DNA of 60,000 nt from Camelus dromedarius (taxonomy: Eukaryota). Where the stretch lies: the NCBI RefSeq assembly GCF_036321535.1, contig NC_087436.1:64792001-64852000 (forward strand), given 5' to 3'. The translations under genes and the position numbers were made by a program. Shown here in pieces: positions 51,567 to 60,000 of the stretch; within the stretch, counting starts at the first letter, position 1, and each line of letters starts with the position of its first letter. The notes under the pieces were generated by a model. That model did not search any database and was not told where the DNA came from. It worked only from the letters and a program-made list of their open reading frames with translations.

Positions 51567-52399
51567 CTCTGTGCTTTTCTTAATAATAGCTTTTAACAAA
51601 CTATATTAAACACATAGAAAAGAATTACAATAATAATTATACCTATAAAATACTGAATTGGTTAAAGAAGCTTTTGAGCTTTCAGGTTGTTCAGCCATCT
51701 CCTCTTAATAGAAGGCTAGTACTGGTTATTATTCACTTTTCCAAATCCAGTTCCAAGCAGAAAACCTGGAAAATAGAAATTATATAATGCATATTTATTG
51801 AGAAAATTTGAATGGATATAGCCTTGTTAAGAATACAGAATCATGTATAATTCATAATTTCCCAACATGTGGAAAAGTAAACAGAGATATCTTCCCTATT
51901 ACTCATTTGATCAAGCCTGTCTTATAAATTAAACCCTAAAATTATATGAGGTGTATATTGTGTGGCTTTTTTTCTGTAGTTTTTCTGAATGCAACATTAG
52001 TCCTCTAAAACAAAGTTATGCTAAGTTAATTTATATGACTACAACTTCCCAAACAGAATGCAGATTAGAGTCCATGTATTTAAATACTTCTCTGTAGAAT
52101 ATCATATTTGATCTGCTATCTCATAGTTGAGGAAAAAAATAAATTTTTTTTTTTTTTGTTTTTAGTTTTTTCTTAATGTTTGTTTCTAGTTTTTGTTTTC
52201 ATTGAGAGTCAGATTTCTTTAGGAATTATTTGAAGAAACATTTTGAGAATTTGAAGACCTTTGAGCATCATTTAAGTAGCAGAAACCTTAACTGAGCAAG
52301 TCTCATCTTTACACTAAATTTACAAATTTAAATTCACACCTTTTTCTGACAGGCCAAGACCTTTCTTGTGCAAACATCATAACTTTTCTTGCATTGGCT

Positions 52400-52810
52400 T
52401 CAACTCCTTGAGCTCATGTGTGCTCTTTCTGAAATGTGCTTCCCTCACCTCATCAAGTGGATAACCCTCTGCATCATTTGGTTCCTTCCTCAGTGCCACT
52501 TTTGCCAGGAAGCCTTCCTCACCTGCATATGATACAGGCTTCCTATTATTCCTTTCATGGTTTCTATTGACTTTCCTTTTTTTTTTTTAACTTTTCCTTA
52601 TGATTTTATCAAAATTGACATGTACTCATTCAATCATTCACTCACTTATCAAAGCAATTGTATATTTGATATTTCTCTTTTCTTCTCTAGAACACAGATT
52701 CTCTTAGGGCAGGAGAATATATAGGTCTTATTCTTTACTGTGTCCAGTGCTTAGCTGAGCACCTTACACACTATAGGTTCTCAATAATACCTAGTAAGTG
52801 AATGAATTAG
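52400..52810 (+). mobile_element. L2 3' end
   Basis: ccaggaagccttcct..ctctagaacacagattctcttagggcagg..tgtgtccagtgcttagc..ctcaataata..gtgaatgaat. Confidence 0.65.
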
Positions 52811-52974
52811 AAGAATCAGGGACATTAGGAAGGAAATTTGCAGGTAACTGAACAAAGTGGGAGGGATAGATGGGTTGCCTGCATGAGCAAATGCAAATTC
52901 TTTCGGCTGTAGACCTACTTCCATTAAAAAAAGAAGTTATTAACGTTTCACTTTTACTTTTAAAAGACATGCAG

Positions 52975-53103
52975 GCAGGAGGGTAAATTTCAGTGGTAGA
53001 GTGTGCGCTTAGAATGCATGAGATCCTGGGTTCAATCCCCAGTACCTCCGTTAAAATAAAAAAATAAATAAACCTAATTACCTCCCCCCAAAACACAAAA
53101 CAT
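52975..53103 (+). mobile_element. Camelid tRNA-derived SINE (Vic-1 type)
   Basis: A box (tttcagtggtaga) and B box (gggttcaatccc), then aaataaataaacctaattacctccccc tail; 11-bp TSD aagaca/ttgcag with 1 mismatch (52964-52974 / 53104-53114). Confidence 0.9.
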
Positions 53104-55899
53104 AAGACTTGCAGAAACTTGATCACATCAGCATGTCTCAAATAAGTGAGCAATTAAAAAGTGCGTTGTATGCCGTAAAATTGTCTACAGCTCACATCTA
53201 ACTATTTAGGACCTTTTGACCGTTAAAACACATTCTGATCCTATCAGTAAGTTATGCCTTAAATGCACATTCCTTCTTTTAGAGGAATGGCAGTTGTTTG
53301 TTTCTGGCTATTCCTGTGGCCAAAACTTTTTTCTATTGATACTTTGAAATTTTTTATTTTAACAGATGTGAATGATTCATCAAAGGGGAGAAAGTTTTAG
53401 AAATGAAAATGCTGTAAATAATTTATAATTTTAGAAAATTTTTTTCTCTCTCCCTCCTTTTACATTAGTATAAAGAATAAGAATCCTCATGTCCTAAACT
53501 TGCAGTTTCTGTGGGTCGACTAGGCAGCTACATTTAGAAACAAACCAAATCCCAACAAGTGAAAAATTATTTGATTTTTCCTGAAAATGAATAATAAATC
53601 TCCCAACTTCTCAATTCCAAACAGATTCTTTTAAGGTATTGCTAATCTAGACACAGGATAGAGCATTGGACAAAACAGACAAGTCCTTGCTCTCAGGGAT
53701 GTTACATTCTTAAGGGATTTTAGCTTAAGTGGTATTTGTTATATGCCTTCCTGTGTGATGTGGAAAAGTGATTTTTTCCTTGGAGTTGGCTTAGGGTTTG
53801 AGTGAGACCAAGGTGTGGAAGGGTGGTATAATCTTGTTCTCCAGGCAACAGGTAATTATAAATAGGTTGGTTTTCAAACTGGGGTCACTTGAGGTCACTC
53901 TTAGAAACGGAAGTGGTGAGTGAGCTAAGCACCTAGTTGCTAGCACTAATACCACACTTGGGAGATTTTGCTGCGGCAGCTGAATCAACAGCTGGGATTC
54001 TAAAATCCCTCACTTGCACATAGGATTTAGCTTTCTCACCCACAAAATTACGGTCCTATATTTACCATCTGTGTGTCAATTTATATTTATGAAATTATAA
54101 AAATAAGGGTTTATTGGGAAAGAAATACTTCAGAAAATAATTTAAAAGCTCAAATCTGTGGCTTTGAAATGCAGTCCTTGATAAAACACGGTCCATTAGA
54201 CATAACAATAGCTCATTAACAAAGAGTTGCTATTAGCTAATAAGTTTTGAAGGGAATCATTGCTAATTTAGAAAAAAATCATGAGCTATTGAAAAGACTA
54301 TCTATCCCCTTTCCCAGTAATAGCAGAAAGCCTTCTAAATCGCTACAAAGTTTATCCAATGCTTTCTTTTTCTTAAGTATGTCAATTTCAATATACAATG
54401 GAAAGAACAATGAAAGCTAATCTGTGGCACCTTTGAAGGTCTTCAGTTTTTTGCCTTGTATTCAAAGGGCATTTGCTTTTTGCTAGAGGGTTTGAAATGA
54501 AGGAACGACTGCCAAAATTGCAGGTCACTTTGTCAGGTGGAGGACAGTCTGAGGAACAAGGAAACATGATTCTACCAGGCAAATGTACACAGGTGAGATG
54601 CAAATCTTCTACCAACTGTTCCCATCGGTGTCATTAGCCCTCTTGTTCATAAATAAATAGCTACTCTGAGAAAGAGCTTCAAGGTATTATGCTGCTCCTT
54701 CTGAGCCTGCAAACAAGAAAAGAGTGATCAGAGAGCAAGTGTTCCCCGAACAGGCTATCACCATAGACTGAGGCATTGTGCTGGTCAGGGCAACAAAGGG
54801 CATGAATTCCATGTGCTTCTATAGAATAGTGTGTCAGTTCTCATATACACTCTTTCCTGATAAGTAACCAGTGAGTTGTTTTTACATCTCTGCTGTACTG
54901 TCATCTTAAGTTCACTGTTTATATATTTCCTAGCTATAAGGAACCTTAGAGTTGGACCTCTTACAGAGAAACATTTTCACATTTGCCTTTTTCGAGAACT
55001 CTAGAGTCACATACTTCTTCTTATTGCACATGAATGAGTTCAAGTTGGGGTGAAGGAATTTTTTAAAATTTGAGTTTGGTGAATTATCAATTTAAATATA
55101 CTGCTTAGTTTGGGGAAGAGAAAACGCAAGTGGAGTTTGGCTTGAAATGTTTGGTTACTCTTTCTCCGGATTTTGAATATGACTTAACATTAACTTTTAT
55201 AAAGACACATTTTTTTGTTTCAAAGTCGCTTTAGGTTTTTAATCTGATGTTAAAGTTTCTAATGGGAGGTGATTTTGTTTGTTTTTCATAAAAGATTTCC
55301 AGTGTCAGTTATTCCATAAGGGTATGGTCCTTATTTAACATAATTGTTCTAAAGTAAAAATAAGCAACTCTGTCATTGTGGGGCTTTAAAAATAAGGGCA
55401 GTCTTCCAAGTGAATTAAAAACAAATTGACCCTCTTAAGATTTTCATTCTTATCTAAAAACTCACTCTTTGCCAGTAAGCCTCATGATTTTTTGTGGCTA
55501 GGAAAGCACAGTTCTTAATGGTCCATTATCCTCAGCCTTCCTGATCCAGACAAGTAAGTGCAAGCCCATGTCTCATGACGAGTGATTGATTTAGTTACAA
55601 GAGCATAATTGTTCTGTTAGGAAGAATCAGTTCATTAAAGCTTTAGGGGAATGAGTAAGTTAGAGGTGAGGTTGGCTAGACTTACCTTGACATGGAGACA
55701 ACCAAGTGAGGAGAAGTCAATTGGCATCTATTTAATACTCTATGATGTGTAACAACTATTCCAAGAAGTTAAATTTCTTTTTCCTTTTTTTTAACTTACA
55801 AGGAAGAATCAGTACTTTTAGTTAAAATGTACATTCTATTTATAAATAAAGGTAAGATCATTTCAAGGTATATGAAGCTTCTTGAGAAACAGAACTTCA

Positions 55900-55904
<5 letters not shown>

Positions 55905-55952
<48 letters not shown>
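55905..55952. repeat. (AT)24 dinucleotide microsatellite
   Basis: Read directly from the sequence. Confidence 0.97.
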
Positions 55953-55959
<7 letters not shown>

Positions 55960-56639
55960 TTGCCAGAACACTCTCCTCTTTGTAGATAAGAATCTTTTAC
56001 TTAGGCTTACAAGGGACAGAGGAGCATTTTATAGAAACACGTCGAGTAGGAGTAAAGAAATTTATATACAGACATAAATAATATATACGCATATATAAAA
56101 ATTACATTGTTCTCTGGGCAATATGATATACCACTAATAAATCCATAGAGTTATAGGACTGTAATAATAACAATACATTGAATTCACGGTTTTCACAAGG
56201 ATATGCTTTTTTGCACAGATACGGCATATTAGCCACTTCTTGGTAATCCTGATTACTCAAGGTCATCTTGTTTGTGGATGCCTGGGCTTGATTCTAGGCT
56301 TTGTGTACCTGGAGGATATCTAGGTGATTCTGTTATTTTCTATATAATAAAATAAATATTTTGAGATTTCTGAATTGCTCACAGTCATAGCTTTGAGTCA
56401 TATTAAAATAAACTTTATTGAATTATTTAAGAATTTATTAGTACATTTTGTCATAAAGAAATTAAACCATATAATGCAAAATTAAAATTTCTACTCTATC
56501 TATAACCTTTGTCAGATTGCAGTGAATCATTTCAGACACAGCTGTATAGATTTAACCACAAGGGAACATGTATACATACCTATCGATACCCTCTCCCTGA
56601 CACAGTGTCTGATTCATTTATTTATAAAATTAATGATAA

Positions 56640-56920
56640 TTTTCATCTTTTTCTCTGCAACCAGATTTTTAAACTTAATACATGCAGAGGTACTCATATT
56701 TAGAATAGCTTTCCTATTCTTTTAAATTACTACATAGTATTGCTTAATATATAAACTCCTTAATTTATGTAACCATTTACATGTTTTGATGGGCACTTAC
56801 ATAGTTTCCAATTTATTTTCTTTAAACAAGTGGATATCCTGTACATATTTTTGTAAATATGTAGGACTATTTAAAAGGATAAATTGCCTTTCATGAAGGT
56901 TCTACAAACATTTACTCAAT
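56640..56920 (-). mobile_element. Old L1 fragment
   Basis: tagtattgcttaatatat..taatttatgtaaccatt..ttgatgggcacttacatagtttccaattt, typical of antisense L1M 3' regions. Confidence 0.55.
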
Positions 56921-56924
56921 AAAT

Positions 56925-57368
56925 TGTTGGAGGAGGCCATCAAGAGGTCATGATTGTTGGCTGACCTGCAAGCTGGACCCCGGCAGTCAGAGGCACCTCA
57001 CCTTCTTTCTGTCTTTGGAATGTACCTTCCACCCACCCAGTGTTCCCACAGCCTTAGCCATTTCAAGGATATAGCCTCGAGAGAGCACTGTGTTGTTGAG
57101 ACCATATGGACTGGAATAAATGGTTAAGGTCTCCATATAAACTTTAAAGATTCTAGTGTGTGATTGCAGAGATCTCCATGTCCTGCCGCTGCTGAAGACA
57201 AGCCTGTAAGCAAGTTCCCTTGCTTGTTAATCAGCCATCTACCAGTCTGAATCCATCTGCCTCTTCCTTCCATCTCTCTTTGCCAAGTTCCCTGCCACCC
57301 CCACAACCAACCATGACCCGAGGCCAGTTTCAGATATCACTCCAAATTCCTAAGTTTTCAAACCAACA
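56925..57368 (+). mobile_element. Solo ERV LTR with a 5-bp TSD
   Basis: 6-bp terminal inverted repeat tgttgg..ccaaca; perfect TSD taaat (56920-56924 / 57369-57373); TATAAA at 57136-57141. Confidence 0.8.
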
Positions 57369-57489
57369 TAAATCTACCAACTTAGTATTTTAAAATATAT
57401 ATAGTAAAAAATTTCATTGGTGCAAGGAAAATGGGTATCTATTTTTAAAAAATAAGTGTGACTGAGCAACTTTTCATTTGCTATAAATA

Positions 57490-58245
57490 GGTCTTCAGTA
57501 ATGTGGCGGTGAGGTGTGGGCAGAAGCGAAGAGTGAAGTCCTATGATTGGGCTCAGTCTTTTAGTGAGCCTCTGCCTCTGGACTGTGCACCTCACAAGAG
57601 TGTCTCAGTGCTTTTTCTTCTCCATCAGGTGGGACAGGATGGCTGGAGTGGGCTGGAGTTGGGTATTTCCTTTCTTTCACATGGAAAGCTTCGAGCTGCT
57701 GGAGTTAGAAATTTCCCTTGCCCAGGTCAATCAGACTCTGATCATACAAAGCAAGTTACGATTTGGTTAACTAGTTTCCCCTGAGGGCAGGCAGGCCTTG
57801 TTAAGAAGAACAGAGTGCTCTGGTGTGTTTCAGAATGAACCCCTTCCCCCTCCTCTGCCGGAAGTTCACGGGTCTTTTCCTCAAATATATACTATGGGAA
57901 CCTGGTCCAGCTCCTGGAGGTAAAACTCACAGTATTGCCCACCGCCTACCCCCATGACAGGATCCCCTTGAAGTTTTTAGCTGTCAATTGTCTGCACTAA
58001 TTTCCCACAGTTTGTCAGCTACAGTTCAGGCTTTCCTACCAGGGCCCTGCTCCCTACAGCATGAGTGTTGTGTTCAAGGAAGCAGCCATTTCCTGTATTC
58101 ACCTGCCTGCCTGTCTCTCTGATCTTAGGGGCTGCAGATTGCCCTGTGTCCTCCCTTCTCATAAGAATCTTAGAAGAGTTGTTGATTTTTTGGCCTGTTC
58201 AGCTTTTTATTTATTGTTGTGATAGTGTGAAAACTTCCAAGCTGA
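57490..58245 (-). mobile_element. Old L1M (L1MC/MD-type) 5' end fragment
   Basis: agtcctatgattgggctcagtcttttagtgagcct..ctcacaag ... ttgccctgtg..agaagagttgttgatttt..tgttcagctttt..acttccaagct matches recalled L1M 5'-end consensus. Confidence 0.6.
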
Positions 58246-60000
58246 CAGTTATTATTATTTTTTAAATTTCAGGTTATTGTTGTTTGTAGGGAGACTATTG
58301 ATGCCACTACTATTAGCATATGGCAAACTCTATAATTAGCAGATCTGGCAGTGCTTCTGTTTGCATCTTTATTAGGTGGAAAATATATGGTCTTCAAAAA
58401 CGATAATTTTCATTTTCTTTTAAGTACATATACTTATTTTTATTAGTTAGAGAGTCAATTTGGTTTTATTGTCTTCTTTTGTTTAGTTTGCTTGCTTTAT
58501 TTTCTAGTTTAAGAATTTGTACTTTAAGATTTGTTAATTTTTGTGTGTGTCTTTTGCTTCCTTTTCGTGTACGTCTGAAAACGTCTCAGTGTTGGGGGTT
58601 GTTTTGACTGAATTCAAAGTTCAAAAAAAAAAGTTCCCTTTGTGGTATTATGTCCCAGGACTCAATTTTATTGATGAAAAGATGCTAATATGATTCTCAC
58701 TATTTCTAACTATTCTGTGTTAAAAGAAAAAAATTGCACACACCCCCCCAAAGGCCAAGTTATAACAGAATAGAAGATTGGGAAACAGACATGAATTTAT
58801 TGCACTTCAGTTTATGACACAAGTGACATGATCATTTAGTGATCTGATGAATGGAGGGACAATTAATAAAATTGTAAAAATGCTTATTGACGTGGAAATA
58901 CCAAAGGAGGGGGTACACTATGTGTCCACCAAAAAAGGAAAAATAGAATATTCATAAGCATCCTAATTATTGTTACAATTGTTTTCTAAATAATCAGACG
59001 CAGAGTCTTAAGTACTTTTAAGAGTAGTTTAAGATAAAATTAAATTTCCAATTGGTTAGATACTTTCGTTTCTAAATTTTAAAACTTTTCAGAATGATTA
59101 TATAGTTAGCTAATAGAATCTGTAGTTTAAAAGATATTTTGCAAATTACTGAGGATTTGATATGACCAATTTGTTTAAATTACCGTCATCTGTTGAAATG
59201 GAAATATAATTTCTATTATCAAAGTAATATATTTATGTTCTATATGTATAATGTGTCATACTTTTGTCATTTATATTTTGTTTTAGTGCTTTGTTTATGG
59301 ATTTTCATATTTAGTTTTAAATTTTTTGTTTGTTTTTTAATAAATTTTTTCTATTTCTGCTATTTTGAAAGGTTTATACTTTTATTTTGGTACTTATTGA
59401 AGGTAACTATACATTTATATAATATGCTTAAACATCTATTTACTGATTCATAGACTTTAGAAAGTGTCTTCTATTGACTCTCTACTATAATGGTTATAGT
59501 AGTACATTTATTATCCCTTCTACCTCTCTTTATGGCCATCCAATTATTTCATAGGTTTGTTGGTTTTCATAGATATTAATGAATAAATACAAACTAGAAT
59601 AATTTTAGATCTGTTTTTCTGTTGTTATACAGTCTCCCCTCCTCAGTTCTTCTTTTCAGACAGGGTTATGGGAAAACTATTACCGATTTGATCTCTGCTG
59701 TTATCCCCTTGTAATTTTGTTAACAGTTTTATTCTGAGGTTCAGTTCAAATGCCTAAGGATATATAAATTCATGATCTTTAAAATGCCTTTATATTGTCT
59801 TTATTTTTTTCCCCACTCAATTCATTGGCTTCATTGAATGTATCACTTTTTCCAGGCAGAAGATGCAAAATAGCAAAACTTGAGGTCTCTGGCCAAGGAG
59901 CTCCTAGCAGAGGACATACGAAATGGAGTGTTTCCTGAAACTTTTCACCTGGCCATTCAGTTCCTTACAGCTTCTACATTATTTTCTCTTTTGGTTTCTG

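Noticed and set aside
50810..51596. Longest ORF (144 aa) and its neighbours
   Set aside because: Frameshifted C-terminus of a truncated L1 ORF2 and its antisense frames; not a host gene.
52975..53050. Possible tRNA gene
   Set aside because: It has a degenerate A box and stems, a SINE tail and a TSD, so it is a tRNA-derived SINE.
1..60000. A novel multi-gene system (operon, defence island, CRISPR)
   Set aside because: There are no intact genes, RNA genes or arrays; the content is explained by mammalian interspersed repeats and unique non-coding DNA.

Overview
Mammalian, AT-rich, CpG-depleted, repeat-dense non-coding DNA. It is most likely camelid (alpaca/camel), based on a Vic-1-type tRNA-derived SINE at 52975-53103 and a young L1 3' end of the same lineage type; I saw no Alu, B1, Bov-tA or SINEC elements. 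I found no intact protein-coding gene. The only ORFs with recognisable protein similarity are decayed transposon relics: L1 ORF2, a Tigger HTH and a Tc2/pogo DDE C-terminus. ERVL pol and L2 RT remnants are recognisable at the DNA level only. The window contains about a dozen ERV LTRs, several nested and several with readable target-site duplications (TSDs). It also holds a gutted two-LTR ERVL provirus, MaLR/MER21/LTR78-like LTRs, L1/L2/MIR fragments, DNA-transposon fossils (MER82, MER104, Kanga, MER53) and microsatellites. The ERV1-type LTRs and younger L1s are almost all on the minus strand, which suggests an intron of a plus-strand transcription unit. I could not support a novel biological system. 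The best leads are the orientation bias, a candidate 178-nt minus-strand non-coding exon, a young CpG-retaining solo LTR, and a SOX/TCF motif cluster. Repeat family names come from recalled consensus similarity and need RepeatMasker/Dfam confirmation.
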